Below, one piece after another: positions 1 through 13,720 of a stretch of 64,000 nucleotides of DNA. The notes under the pieces were generated by a model. It saw only the letters and a program-made list of their open reading frames with translations, was not told the origin of the DNA and did no database searches. The stretch is from Paraphysomonas bandaiensis. Its lineage: Eukaryota; Protista; Chrysophyceae. A program made the position numbers and the translations under genes. Each line of letters opens with the position of its first letter. Positions within the stretch are counted from its first letter, which is position 1. The stretch lies in the NCBI GenBank assembly GCA_965644295.1, contig CBFFRP010000668.1, positions 62,001 through 126,000 of the forward strand. Direction: 5' to 3'.

Positions 1-618
1 ACAGTGGTATAAGTACAGTGGTATAAGTACAGTGGTATAAGTACAGTGGTATAAGTACAGTGGTATAAGTACAGTGGTATAAGTACAGTGGTATAAGTAC
101 AGTGGTATAAGTACAGCGGTATAAGTACAGCGGTATAAGTACAGTGGTATAAGTACAGTGGTATAAGTACAGTGGTATAAGTACAGTGGTATAAGTACAG
201 TGGTATAAGTACAGTGGTATAAGTACAGTGGTATAAGTACAGCGGTATAAGTACAGTGGTATAAGTACAGTGGTATAAGTACAGTGGTATAAGTACAGTG
301 GTATAAGTACAGTGGTATAAGTACAGTGGTATAAGTACAGCGGTATAAGTACAGTGGTATAAGTACAGTGGTATAAGTACAGTGGTATAAGTACAGTGGT
401 ATAAGTACAGTGGTATAAGTACAGCGGTATAAGTACAGCGGTATAAGTACAGTGGTATAAGTACAGTGGTATAAGTACAGTGGTATAAGTACAGTGGTAT
501 AAGTACAGTGGTATAAGTACAGTGGTATAAGTACAGCGGTATAAGTACAGCGGTATAAGTACAGTGGTATAAGTACAGTGGTATAAGTACAGTGGTATAA
601 GTACAGTGGTATAAGTAC
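1..618. repeat. 14-bp tandem minisatellite (ACAGTGGTATAAGT)n, about 44 copies, with a CAGCGG variant; runs off the window start
   Basis: Head-to-tail 14-mers with no spacers are directly visible; occasional T>C variant units. Confidence 0.97.
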
Positions 619-765
619 TGTATGTGCTGCTCTATATACGGTACGGTATACCTGTGTATGGTATGCTACTGTACATCTCATGCAGCAGGACAGGCGTGTG
701 TATATCGTTAACGTGTATGTCTTGGCCTATATATGCATATGTCAATGCAGTGACCCAGTGAACTC

Positions 766-1720
766 ATGCTTCGAATGAGTGTGTTGAACAGTGTGTTACT
801 GGCCTGTAACTGTGGTTTATCCGTTAGCCGGTACGCATCAGTTCGACGGTTAGGGTATGATGCTCGTGCGCTCTCTCCGCAGCTCTTCATGCAGCTTCCG
901 GTGTCTGCCGTACAGGAGGAGTCGCACAATGTCAAGTACTTTAAGGTGCAACTGCCGTCCCCTGATCACGAGACAGGGCTAACGACCTCCTCTTTCGTGA
1001 TGGTGAGTGCGTAATCTGTGCGTGTGTGTGTGTTGATGGGGTTCAGGTGAAGGGCAGCGAGGGGGTTGCTAGGCCATATACGCCCGTATCGCTAAACTCA
1101 CAAAAAGGATATTTTGAGCTCATTGTTAAACGCTACCCTGAGGGCAGAGTATCGTCCTATTTGCATTCACTTAGAGTTGGGGATTTTATAGAGGTAAAGG
1201 GCCCTTTCCCAAAGTTGGAGTATAGACCTAATATGAAAAGAAAAATCGCAATGGTAGCTGGAGGTAGTGGTATAACTCCAATGCTGCAGATTATTCGTGA
1301 AATTGTAAGCAATAAGCACGATAAAACGGAAGTGGATCTTCTATATGCCAACAGAGAAACCTGCGATATTTTACTGCAGGAAACACTGGAGAGCATTCAG
1401 TCTAAGCACCCGAATATTAGAGTGAACTATGTGCTTAGCCATCCACCAAGTGGGTGGACAGGGTACGCTGGACACATTAATGCGGGTATGATATCTGAAG
1501 CTTTACCCCCACCTGGAGATGATGTACTAGTATACGTTTGTGGTCCACCTGGAATGATGCACGCTGTCTCTGGAGACAAACAGCCTGACAAATCTCAAGG
1601 GCCTCTGTCAGGTGCACTTAAGGCCCTTGGTTATAGAGGTTGGTGTGATCATTTTATATTTTATAAGGTTTATGTGTTACTTCTGTATGTATTGCAGAGA
1701 ATATGGTATACAAGTTTTAA
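766..1720 (+). CDS. NADH-cytochrome b5 reductase (FAD/NAD-binding), 3 exons; introns 1003-1046 and 1639-1697
   Basis: Motifs RPYTP, GRVSSYLH, AGGSGITPMLQ and CGPPGMM. Splicing gives the typical C-terminus ...GYRENMVYKF*. Start codon less certain. Confidence 0.93.
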
Positions 1721-1787
1721 GACTTGAACTTATGATATACAGTCAAGTTTTTGCTGTGGTTGAAAGCCCTGGTACTGAAAAGTTTGT

Positions 1788-2371
1788 ATGTATGCTTAGT
1801 TCTACGGTCAAGTGTTTTCACTGGTCAAGATCTTTTATATTGAAAGTCTGTGTACCGATGGACCAGTGGTGCATAAAATGTAATTATATTACTATTACGT
1901 GTTTTGTAAATGAGTATAAATCAATACATTACTAATTATTAGAATATGGATCTTATTCTAGTATATTCAGTATGTCACTTCAAGACAATGTACGAGAATA
2001 CAGTGAAATATAGTGATGTACAAATGCTGTGATGATATTGAGAAACTGAAATAGTTTGATCTTTCAAGATATGTTCAGTAACGAGAGGTTCGCATATGTA
2101 GGATATTATGCAGGGATTATAATGAGTTAGTGTTGGTTATCACAACTTCGTGTAAACGATATTAATAAATCTATCTAGTCTTACGACAAATTCTCTCTGT
2201 GATCTAGCTTAAAATGAGCAATGTATGCTTAGTTCTACGGTCAAGTGTTTTCACTGGTCAAGATCTTTTATATTGAAAGTCTGTGTACCGATGGACCAGT
2301 GGTGCATAAAATGTAATTATATTACTATTACGTGTTTTGTAAATGAGTATAAATCAATACATTACTAATTA
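1788..2371. repeat. 151-bp direct repeat pair (1788-1938 and 2221-2371) downstream of the cytochrome b5 reductase gene
   Basis: Identical sequence ATGTATGCTTAGTTCTACGG...CATTACTAATTA at both positions. Confidence 0.93.
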
Positions 2372-2467
2372 CTAAACAATTTCCAGCGATTTTTTTTACT
2401 TTACAGCCTATCAATATTTTAATTTTTTTATAGTACATTGGGTTGGTTTTCGCTCTATAATGTAAAG

Positions 2468-3257
2468 CAGGGATAGGGAACAATATATTGCAATACTATT
2501 GTTAGATAGCGTTCCATCAATAGTATTGATGGATTTTTTACACCGGTCCTACAATACAATTACAATATATTGCAATATATTGTCAATGTATTGCAATATA
2601 TTAGTATGTGACTAATCAGTAGGTAAGCACATCCGTAGATGTCATTTTTAGTATTAGTCATTAATCATTAAGATCACATGACAACCAAACTAACTGCTGC
2701 TTATAGCTACTAAAAATCCACCTCGTCCTCATCCTCTGAGCCATCATCGGTGATGTCAACATCACCATATTCATCCACAGAATTAATTGAAATATGCTAG
2801 TATCCGGCCATAACTATGGAATAGCTTTCAGAAACAACAACATATTAAGTAGGATGGATACTTTTGCGCAACACTGATATAATATGTTTAGCTGTGCTGA
2901 ACAGACGTTCCCATGTATGGGAAGTACATACCAGGGCCAGGAAACCGTTAATGACTCGTGGACCTGTACGTTTCTTAATTTTTTGAGCTGACTGAAGATT
3001 TTTAGTCGCATATAGTCAACATATCAGCTTCATTATCCTTTGTAATGTTGTAATCAATTTCTCGGTTATTTATATCCATTTTGCACCCTACAGTTGAGAA
3101 TCTTCTCTTATATGACTATCATAATATTGATTGCAATATATTACAATAGTATTGTGAGCTCTTTTAACAGAAACACTATTGATGGAATATTTGACCAGTC
3201 CACCAATCAATATATTTTACAATGTATTGCAATACAATATATTGTTCCCTATTCCTG
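2468..3257 (-). mobile_element. Non-autonomous hAT DNA transposon (family 1), 790 bp
   Basis: TIR CAGGGATAGGGAACAATATATTG / CAATATATTGTTCCCTATTCCTG. Perfect 8-bp TSD ATGTAAAG (2460-2467, 3258-3265). Internal decayed transposase C-terminus (LNMLLFLKA) on the minus strand. Confidence 0.93.
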
Positions 3258-3481
3258 ATGTAAAGTTTATACGTTATACTACTCCACCCTCTTATTAAAT
3301 ATTAAAGTGCTCGATGTCTTTTCTACTACCTAATACATAATGACAATCGAGAGTGCAGAAGCGTGGAATAGTCTAAAAGAATAGAATATAGAGCATAAAA
3401 TTGGTAATTACTTTTACATTCAATACCGGAACATACAATATACTAATGAACATAACTGCTGCGTTCAGGACCATATAGTCG

Positions 3482-6119
3482 CTATTCTCCCATAGAACTC
3501 AACAAATTGTCGACATCATTCTCGTCTACGTCATCATCATCACTTTCTTCCAAGCAAAACCTGCACACGGAGATTAAATTAAGCTTAACCAGCTGTAGGA
3601 CGAACTCACCGATTTACAGATCTCTTGGCCGACTCCTCCCGAGCTTCAAAACTTGCCGCCAATTGCGCCGTCAGTTCAGCAAGATCTCTTTCACAATCTT
3701 TAACATAACCCTGTAATTGAGAAATTTTGTTTCTTGCATCTTGTAGTTGGGATAGTAGACTTCCCTTTTCGGCCTCGAGTGCCTTGACCACATTTTCAAT
3801 TTCCCTAAACAAAATTGACGATGTCACATATCCACTAAACAAACAAACCTATTTTGATCAGCCAGTCGCTGTGCCTTCTCACGACTCTCCCGGAGTTTGG
3901 TTTCCATTTGAGCTGCTGTAATATTCGCTTTCTCCTTGAACTGATCAACCAGAATTTTGACCCTACACATGTAGAAGTGAAAAAAATCAGAGAAAAAATG
4001 AAAAGACAGTACCTGTGGTCCTCCGCACTGGCAACAGTTTCCATCTCTTTCATGGCGTGCTCAGCTTCAGAGGCGCGGCGTCTGTAGGCTGAGACTTCTT
4101 CATCCTTTAATCGAAGCATAGAGTTGATTCTCTCCTCAGTGTCCTTTTTAATATCCTCAAGCTCCTTTCCACGTTTGGTCGCAAGCTTAGCACACTCGAC
4201 AGCTTCTCTTTGATGCTCCCGTAAGGAGGCACGCAATACCTCCATCTCTTTATCCCGACTGCGTCTACTCTCCTCCGCAGCCAGTCGTTGAGATTCATCC
4301 TGCGTCCGGAGTCTATCTATTGTGAGTCTGAGTTCCGTATTCAGGTCCTGAACTGCCTTCAGTTTGACCAGTGCATCCTCTCTCTCAGATACCACAGCGC
4401 GAATACGGGATTCTAGCTGAGCCATGCCTTGCTCCGATGCCCTTCGGTCCTCGTCAAATGAATGTCGCGCCTTCTCCAACAATGCTTGAGCAGATCGTAG
4501 CTCCCGCCCTGCCCGTTCCTCCTCACCTGTCCGGTATTTGGTAAGAGGGTAACATCAGTAGAAGTACATTTTCAACCTCTGTGCTTTGCAACTCGAGCAG
4601 TTAGTTCCTCGATTTCGCTTTCCAACGACGCCAATTGACTAGTGGCCACTGACCTTGCAACCTCCACAGCAGAATCAATCTCGGACTGCAACCATTAGGA
4701 TAGAGATAAATACGGGAGTGCGGGAGGCCTACCTGCTTCTTCACCGCGGCCTTCTTTCGCTCATCCAGAAGCCGCTCAACCTCTCGCTTGAGCTGCTCCT
4801 CTCTTGCTACAGCCTGATCCCTCGCCACCAATGCTTCCTCCACTCGCTCTTTGCTCTCTCTACTTGCCCGTTCTACTTCTCCCTCACGGGCTGCATACTC
4901 GGAGAGCTGACGCTCTAGCCCACCCATCACCTGAAGCATTCCTTCTGCATCTTGGCGTGTGGCCTGGTACTCACGCCGGAGCTTGCGCGCTACCTCTTGC
5001 GCGCTGTCAAGGTCCTGCGTTTTTCGAAGAAGTAAGGAGTGAAGTTCCTTGACGCGGTCTTCCGCTCCCTTCAAACGACGCATCGCTGTGTGTCCATCCT
5101 CCTCTGCTTGAGCAATCACGCCTTTGAGCTGCTTTTCTAGAGCACTCACGGATCCCTCCGCCCGGCTGCACCGCTCCTCCCACACATCGAGTTGTTCCCT
5201 TAGATCACTCACCTCTATCTGTGCCCGACCCAAAGAGTCACTATAAGAGAGAGCTTGAGCAGCTGCGGCTTCTCGATCGCGTTCTGCCTGCGCATTCCGC
5301 TGTTTGAGAGACTGCACCTCCTTCGCTACCTCGCCAAGTTGCTCAGATAGTTCAGTGACAGTATTGGTCCGCGCTTCGAGTTCACTTAGACTCTCTTCTA
5401 ATTCTAATGGCATTATGAACATTATTGAATCAGTTGACAAAACACCAAATCAATATTACCTGTCGAAAGAACAGCTTTCTGTTCAACCAGAAGGGCATTC
5501 TCCGACATCAGTATTTCAACTCGCTCATTTAGTTCATTGAGAAGCTCCATATTGAGCGGGCCGAGAGCTATGTAGAAAATGTTAGGTCGTACATCTGAGA
5601 AAAACATATAACGCTTACTTGACCCTCCACCATTCTGCTTCAGGTTATCGATTTGAGCTTCCCTTAGCGCTTCATTCTCGGCCAATATTTCTTCAACCTG
5701 TTTGCCATCATAAACTAGGAATAAATAACTACATGTCCCCTCACCTTTTCATGGAAACTTTCTAGTTGTCCAGATTGCTGCTCAACCATTGACTCTAGCT
5801 CAGCGATACGCGAATCATACGCCCGCAGCAGTGGAGTCATGACGTCTGCTGATGTTGCCCATGGGGGAAGATTCTCGTCTGATCGCACATCAATGTGCTC
5901 AGAGGGATACTTTACTTGAAAGTGTCTGAGCTCTTTTAAAGTCCTCTGAAGCTGATCGCGCAGAGATACATTCTCTTTCCTGACTCTAGCGAGCTCTCCC
6001 TCATACACCTGTCTCTCCGAGTCCTTATCCAGTGCAAGATCCTCTCGATCTTCGCTAAGCTCACCGGGGGGCCGCAGCCAAGTCTTATCTCTGCTGCTCT
6101 GGGGGCCGCCTAAGTGCAT
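3482..6119 (-). CDS. Long coiled-coil protein, SCLT1/CEP89-like (centriole distal-appendage type), multi-exon
   Basis: Consecutive E/R/K/Q-rich ORFs joined by short GT-AG introns. PPWATSADVMTPLLRAYDSRI resembles the 'PLL.AYD/E' motif of CEP89/SCLT1, and EEALVARDQA resembles the SCLT1/SDCCAG8 motif. Family call is from recalled motifs. Confidence 0.7.
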
Positions 6120-6663
6120 TGTATCAGTATGGGCGGAGGAGCATAAATATAATCTGATCTGTTTTGTTTAGAGGTTGATTCCTGTATGCTGGGAGTGTTG
6201 TATACAGAGTACGCCTCATACTCATAGCAGGGCAGCGTATACAGATCCATGTACTCTGTACATACATGTATATTCCTCCCATAGACATGCACACATCAAA
6301 TTCAAACCTTTTCATCCCAACAGACAAAAAAACGAGATGGAGGACTACAGGACAGTATACCATTGTATACTATCACGGCAGATTTGAAATTTCGAGCCCA
6401 GTTCAACAGCCATCTTTTCAAACTCCTCCTACACAAAAACACACTCGCAGCAGTGCAGGGCAGTGCAGGGCAGCAGGCTTGATGCTGCATGTCAGTCAGT
6501 TCTGCATGGGCACAAGCATAGCAGACATTTTAAAGTGCTGAGCTGGCATACATTTACTTGTATTCGTGAAATAAGTGGCTCACTGTACGTGCTGCTGCTC
6601 TTGTTATTGTCGTTACTCTTATTGTCGTGAGAGTAGTATATATATACACACCTGCTCCTCGCA

Positions 6664-9600
6664 ATGGAATATAAGAACAGCCTCCTCGCCTCTCTTCGTG
6701 ATGTGGTCGAGGGTGATGCGCAGTCTCTTATCGGAGTGGTGAAGTCCTGTATAGAGGGCTGTGATGCGAATGAGATGTGGGCCCTCATGACAGCTGCTGA
6801 GATCGAGTTCTTATGGAGCGCTATAGCTCGAGCTACAGACAGTGCCATCGAGGGTGTAACGAATAGTGAAAATGGGTCGGAAATGTGTTTATTCTTGCGT
6901 GATGTTAGCGAGTTGTGCTATCAATTTGTGACTACAATGACTACGCGCGCAACCTCTCTGATGGTCACTGTGCAGCACCTGCATGACATCCTCGTACTGT
7001 TGGATGAATCCGTAGCCGGATCTAAAGAATTGAAAAGATCAATTGCCAAGTTGTGTGAATGGTTTTGGGTTCACAACGAGAGCGGTGCTGAGGGATTGAT
7101 AACTCAGCTGGTGCCTTACTTATTGCTGACTGCTTTAGACGAAGGTCGGCATGATTCGGATGTCAAAAGATTGTACTCTGTCCGAGACTCCTTGCTACTG
7201 TTAGACTATGAAGACCCCAGCATTCAAACAATACAAGGGCTTCTGCTCAGATGTTTTATCGACTCTACATTCCTGAAAGTTGCTGAAGGCCGACGGTTTC
7301 TGTCATTTGTATTCAATCTTCATCAAGGTATATTGTTGTTGTAATAAGTGTACGTTATATAATGTTAGAGTAGGCTTGCACCCCCTTGTAATGGGCGTAA
7401 TGAAACCACAGCTGGGTACCGGTAACCAGGCAGTATCGGAAGCTTATGGTGACATTCTTTATCGTGCGTGGCGTGACACAGATGCGTCGGGGCAACAGGA
7501 TGATATTCGAGGAAGTATAGAAGATGCGCTTCAGGATCTCGCTCACTCCGCCTTACATGCCGCCGAGAAGAAATTTTTTCGCAGTTTGCGTACTGTACTT
7601 AACAGTTTTCATGCAAATAAAGCCTCCAAGGGTGTCGACGGGATGTTGCTGCGTATATATGGTCCTATACTGTGGCGATCCCTACGGAGTGCTCATCCTG
7701 GAGTAAGGGCTCAGGCGGCTCAGGTTTTCTTTGACGCCTTCCCGCTACAAGGCGACGAGCGCATGGGAGCAGTAGAGACCGACCAACTATTGCAAAAGCA
7801 GTTTGACTTATTGACAGGTCTGCTGAAAGATGGGGATCACAGGGTCCGGGCGGTGGCAGCGCTCGGAGTTTGCCGGGTGCTGAGAGAGTTTTGGGAGGTA
7901 ATCCCGCCTGCTACCACGCACCAGATTCTTTCATATGTGGTCGGAACACTGGGGGTGGATGCTGCATGTGCTTCTGTGCGTGCTTCTGTCGTAAACGGAA
8001 TGTGTGAGCTATTGAACAATCCTCTTGCTCACCCCGTCCTCACTGGACTTTTACCTACCTTGTCTAATCTACTATGCGACTACTCTGAACGAGTGCGGCT
8101 TTGTTTCGTAAAGTTACTTTGTCAGGTAGCCTGTTTGTGGATCCATTTTATCCTGCATACTTAAAGTTTGCCTGCAGATAAAAACTATTCGAGGCTTTAA
8201 GTTTTATGATATAGTTTCTGTGGACCGCTTGTGTGAGCAGCTGAATGCCGACGCCGGCCGACCCCACATTGTATTCGCTATGAGCGAGCTGCTCTTGAAT
8301 TCTCTATACCCGCGGAGGGAAGACTTTCATGAGGGAAAAGAGGGCATAGACTACGCAGCCGAGCAGGTCCGCAGGTGTGTCAAATTTGTACGCGCCCACG
8401 AGAAGGCTGCTGTGGTGTTTTACGGAAACCTACATGAACATACTTCTGTTGGAAGCGCGACAAAGCTGTGCGTTCTCTTATGGCGACAACTTCTCTCCAT
8501 ACCAAACAAACAAGATGATACGGGACTAGTTCCCGACTCTTCCTCTCATAGTAGGAAGGCACAGAAGAGAGACGCATTGGTTTCTCGGGCGAAGAGAAGG
8601 AGGGAGAAAGAGGTAGGAAAACCTCCTTTTATTTTGTTGCCTCTGATCATTCATTTAGGTGTCAAGAAATGGTGATATGGATGATTTAGATCCCCAGTTC
8701 ACTGCGGAGGCTGCTTATGACATCCTTATTGTAATTGAGTCTATCATGAACAGCATTAAGTACAAGTTATTGAAGCCGTCGTACGTCTTGTCCCGTGAGA
8801 TGGTTAACCAACACATACTTTCTGAGCCTGTCAGAGCTGTTTTCCTCAGACTACTGGATATTCAGTCGAACTCAAGTCCCGGGTCTGAGGAACACTCTGC
8901 TGCTCTGGAAGCTACCTCTTCGTTGCTGCAGATCATTAGTGCTGTCACACTAGCTTCTGAGGATGCAAGAAGGCCACCGCCTCTCACCCGTGGTGATGTT
9001 ATTGAGCTTTATTTTGAGTGGGGACATGGTACATTCTCGCAAAATTCGGATAACCGATTTTGTCAGTCTATATTGGATTGTGTTCTGGTTCGTAGTGGAG
9101 GGGATACACTGGAATCGTCAGTGTTTTCAATATGGGACGAGTTTAAACCCCATTTTACACATTTAGAAGAATTTGTTCGCTGTTCTGGTATTGTTTTACC
9201 CGAGGAAAGCTCTGAGGGTCGCCGTCGAGCTGCTTCTCATTCACAATTAGCTGGAAGTTTCGATGTTGCGCCCGCAGAATTGTTGCCCGTGATGTTCAAA
9301 ATAATTCGGCTTATGAACACAATAGTATCAGGCGGTTCGGAGGTAGTGAGAGAGTATAGAGACTTTGTGTTTTCACACGATGAGGTACATTTGATATACA
9401 CGTTGTTGATGATACCAATTTATGTTCTTCCAGGAGTACCGCAGGCTTGAAGATATACTGAGTGTTATTCAGCGTGTGGTGTCGGCTCTTTTAAACTCCG
9501 ACACATTGGAGCTATTGCGAGAACACTATCTGGACTGCCATATTCCTTTCGAAGCTCTCCTCGCAGCCTGTGTGAAGTTCTGGGTCACATGTGCGTGTCT

Positions 9601-10567
9601 ACGCAGTGCGGCTGTAGAGGAGACAAGTGGAAGTGCCATGGGCGGTCTGCTGGAGTGGATTTCTGTGACAGTTGTCGATAACATATGCAAGAATGCTAGC
9701 GACAAGAATCTCTGTTCTTTTTCAGATCTTGTATTTGCCGCATGTTTAACCCCACTCAGTGATGCTCTGCTGACGGGTATAAGCAGTCGTGCGATTCTCT
9801 GCGAAACGTTAAGTTGGTGCTCCCGATTGGAATCGGTGCCCCCCACTTTGAATCATGCTCTAGTATCTCTGTCCAGAATAGCATGTGTATTATACACGGA
9901 GTCCGCTCGCATAAAGACTGTTGATTCCTCTTTCTTTTCCACTGTGAACGATACTTGGGCTGCTTTAATGTCCGTCATACTACACAATATGCCGAACTCT
10001 TCGGGTTGGGTCGATGGACCGCTTGATGATATATCTCGGGCATTAGCGTACATGATATCACAGAACTGCACAAGCAATCAGAAGACTGGAGCTGCAGTCC
10101 GTAGGGCATCTCGTAGTCGTAGGCTTATTGAATTATGCATCGACCAAGCTGTTGAAGTTGTCGTAGTGGAACCCTCACAGGGTGACTTCGGGGAGTGGAA
10201 GCTCGGGTCTGTGAAAGCTGAAGTATGTTTTGAAGTTCTTAGTAAGAAATTGGGCAGGAGCGAAGCTGTTGCAATATTTGCGGTGAATTACCTAGGGGAA
10301 ATCTTGACGAGAGAGATGGATATGTTGGCAAATACTGAAGAAGAGAATAGCCCATCACGAACACCGCTGCTGCAGAAAGCAATGGTATTCAAAAGGGTTG
10401 TAGACATGTGTCCTGCAGAAGCAACTGAGAGTGCTGCCGATGTAATGAGTTCTCTTCTGAAGAAAGCACTATATGTTACTTCGAATCCAGCGGATGTAGA
10501 ACGAACTTTGGCAGGAGACATAAAAGCAAATTTCGTTAATCTCATGACCACATTGTCGCAAAAATAA
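6664..10567 (+). CDS. NCAPG2: Condensin II complex subunit G2 (HEAT-repeat), 5 exons
   Basis: RIYGPILWRSL...VRAQAAQVFFDAFPL and LQKQFDLLTGLLKD..HRVR..LGVCRVLREFWEVIP match the CAP-G2 core. Short introns link the ORFs. Confidence 0.9.
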
Positions 10568-10885
10568 CAGAAGATGTATGCAACTGGGAAAATGGATGTT
10601 TTATAATTTAACTGTTATTTTATATATTGATACTGATGTATGTCTATTGAATGCTAAATAACTGAAGGCAAAGGAATTAATAGTGTAGTGATATTAAGTT
10701 AATAATCTCATATCCTATATTTGCGAATAATGGTGGTCACATCTTCTCGCGTTTTTGTGGCCATACTTGTGTAAAACTTTATATATCTCTGCTCATGTCC
10801 TACTGAATTGAGCAAAACTTATCACAGCAGTTAGAGATATATAGTAATTTGGACTACGTGTATTATAGTTTTCATAATATTGTTC

Positions 10886-11310
10886 CAGGGATAGGGAACA
10901 ATATATTGCAATACTATTGTTAGATAGCGTTCCATCAATAGTATTGATGGAGATTTTACACCGGTCCTACAATACAATTACGATATATTGCAATATATAA
11001 TATATTAGTATGACTAATCAGTAGGTAAGCACATCATTAAGATCACATGATGACAACCAAACCAACTGCTGCTTATAGCTACTAAAAATCCACCTCGTCC
11101 TCATCCTCTGAGCCATCATCGGTGACGTCAACATCACCATATTCATCCACAGAATTAATTGAAATATGCTAGTATCCGGCCATAACTATGGAATAGCTTT
11201 CAGAAACAACAGCATATTAAGTAGGATGGATACTTTTGCGCAACACTGATATAATATGTTTAGCTGTGCTGAACAGACGTTCCCATGTATGGGAAGTACA
11301 TACCAGGGCC
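10886..11310 (-). mobile_element. Truncated copy of hAT family 1 (one TIR plus transposase 3' remnant)
   Basis: Near-identical to 2468-2938 with small indels; the second TIR is absent. Confidence 0.88.
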
Positions 11311-11628
11311 TAATCGAATAGTAATATAATATATATGACAATACATATATTATATAGTAGTTGATTAGAGGCCTGTTTTGTTAGATATTTGACCTCTGGT
11401 ATTCGCCCCCTCGGACGTTTAGTACATATTCTGTTCTATCGTCGATACACGACAGCACTAGCCCAGTCATGCATATCAAGTGTGGATTCACATTGAATAA
11501 GGTTTCTTTATCCCCCCAGACATAGTATACACTACACATACATCATGCAGCTCTAGTACTGTCTTTTAAAACATCTTACAAGAGGACAGCAATCCGAATC
11601 CACAAAATAGTTCATTTTGATAAATATA

Positions 11629-12220
11629 CTCAACAAGTCGAATTCGCACATTTTCGTGATGTTCTGGGGGTAAGTGCCGGAGTGAGCCGCATACATACAC
11701 ATCAGATTATGTTTTGCCCACTCGAAATATACTTGTGTGGTGCAACAAGAAGAAGAGACATTAATTCGTGTCACTTATATTGACATCTTTGGGACCTACA
11801 AAAATAAATAGGCATCCGGGAGCCTGGGCCCACATGAAAAGGGTAAGCGGCATCCGGACTGTTCACCTACTTCAGGATCTGTTCCCCAAAGTCAGCAGAT
11901 GTCTGGTATTATATCAATACAAATGCAGAGAACTATTTATTAGCACTCTAGTAACTAGCTAGCTTTAACGAGGAATGTACGTCAAAAACGTGGGAAATTT
12001 TTTTTCCCACGTTTGCATATTGTTTACTTATATCAGCATTCTGCTTTCTCAGTGATAGAGAGCAAAAGGGGTTGCACGTTGGTGCTTGCGGTGACGCACA
12101 AGAATAGTAGGGTTAAATAGTATAATATCAGACTTATAAGCACTAGTTAGTTAAATTGCAATGCTAAATTAGTTCTGAATCTTAAACGCCTATTGCTAAT
12201 AATATGACATCATTCACTAC
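11629..12220 (+). mobile_element. Degenerate copy of the ribozyme-headed SINE/SIDE-like retroposon
   Basis: Shares the head (CTCAACAAGTCG..TCGCAC), middle (GGCATCCGGGA..GGGCCCAC..GGGTAA..TGTTCACC) and tail (GGTTGCAC.TTGGTGCTTGCGG, AACGCCTATTGCTAA) with 16575-17210. Confidence 0.75.
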
Positions 12221-12770
12221 TGTGTATCGTTTCTTCTTTCTTTAGTAAAGTATGATTCATTCAGCACATACAAAGGCAATTCACAAATTGTCTTTGTCTG
12301 GAAAAACTCAAGTTAAACCACCTATTAATAAATATTGTTTAGATGTATACGATTATTGATATTTATAGATTGGCAATATATGGTGAAGCCTATCAATATT
12401 GCAAGTTGAACTGAATAAATACTGATAAAGTTTATCACAATTGAATTAGTTGAGTGTTGTGCTATTTCATAGTTCAGTTACTATTCTTGGGAGTTAATAT
12501 TGGTATCAGTTTTCATGTACATGTTACTAAATTCTCTCATCCGTTCCTATTATGAATTCGGTTCACCTATTTTATAATACGACGCAGATTAGTTACACAA
12601 CATGCAGCAGCACAGGGCATGATTAAGTTACAACTTTCGGTCAAACACTGACTTTTAGACGACGCAGTACCAAGTTAAAACTTATATTTAATAATTACGA
12701 CACCGATCTCAGGAAAGAGAATACGCAGAGGATATTTCACATTTCATATCTGGATACTATTATTACGGAC

Positions 12771-13720
12771 CTAAGCGGTCACTGTGTGTGAATGCTCTGT
12801 GGCAGCGTCAATATGTTGGTTGATACGCTGCTGTAAGGCGGCACGAATGTTACTCTCACAGGCAGATAGTGTAGCTGCCGTCACACCGAAGTCCTCGCCA
12901 TGTTCGAGGCAAAACTCTGTTGCACTCTCCTCTGGAGCAGACGGGTCAAATACATCAACTTTGAATGTCACCTCTACTCCATGTACGACCAGAGGAATCT
13001 GCGTATCAATATCAGCACACCAATCGCTACATGTAATACTACTATAATACATTTACTAGATCAGCGGCATTCTTTTCAGCAGTGCGCTGATCGTTCTCGG
13101 GTAGTTTGCTTTTCAAGTGATTCGTAACAGGAGCAACACATCCAGAAATCATAGTCTCAGGTGTTACACCAAACTCTTTGCCGTGCTCATCACAGAATTG
13201 AACTGCGAGATCGATAAGACGGACATTCGACGGCAGGAACTCGAACTCATAGGTCGGCCCTCCACGAACAGTCATTTTAATCTGCTCACAAAAATCAACC
13301 AATGACAGAGAGTTAACACGAATGAGAGTTAGACATTGAACTGACATTAACATAACTCTCGCGTGTGTCCGGCCTACTCTCTGTATCTGGAATACTCTCT
13401 TCGCTCTGTATCTCCTCTGTGTTCGGAGTAGGGGTCTCATCACTGCTGCTGCTGCTGCTGATAGGGGTCTCATCACTGCTGCTGCTGCTGATAGGGGTCT
13501 CATCGATAGGATCAGACTCATAAGATGCACCGCTTTCATCGACATTTGCATCATAGGGATGTGTGTGTGTGTCTTCTGTCACAGGCATGCTCATCGGCTG
13601 AGGCACATGAGCCCTCGGAGGAGAGAAAAACATCTCATCTGGAAGATATATAACCAGCAGAGTGAGCAGCAGACCAGTGAAGAAGAAGAACCTAGCCAAG
13701 AACGATATCTTTACAGACAT
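12771..13720 (-). CDS. Hypothetical membrane/secreted protein: N-terminal TM, Ser/Glu/Thr-rich linker and two copies of a ~55-aa 'FC.EHG..FGVT...C' domain; 3 exons
   Basis: Hydrophobic FFFFTGLLLTLLVIYL; DETPISSSSS repeats; AVQFCDEHGKEFGVT and ATEFCLEHGEDFGVT; GT-AG introns join the ORFs. Confidence 0.75.

Noticed and set aside
1-618. CRISPR array
   Set aside because: The units are contiguous with no unique spacers; the context is eukaryotic and there are no cas genes.
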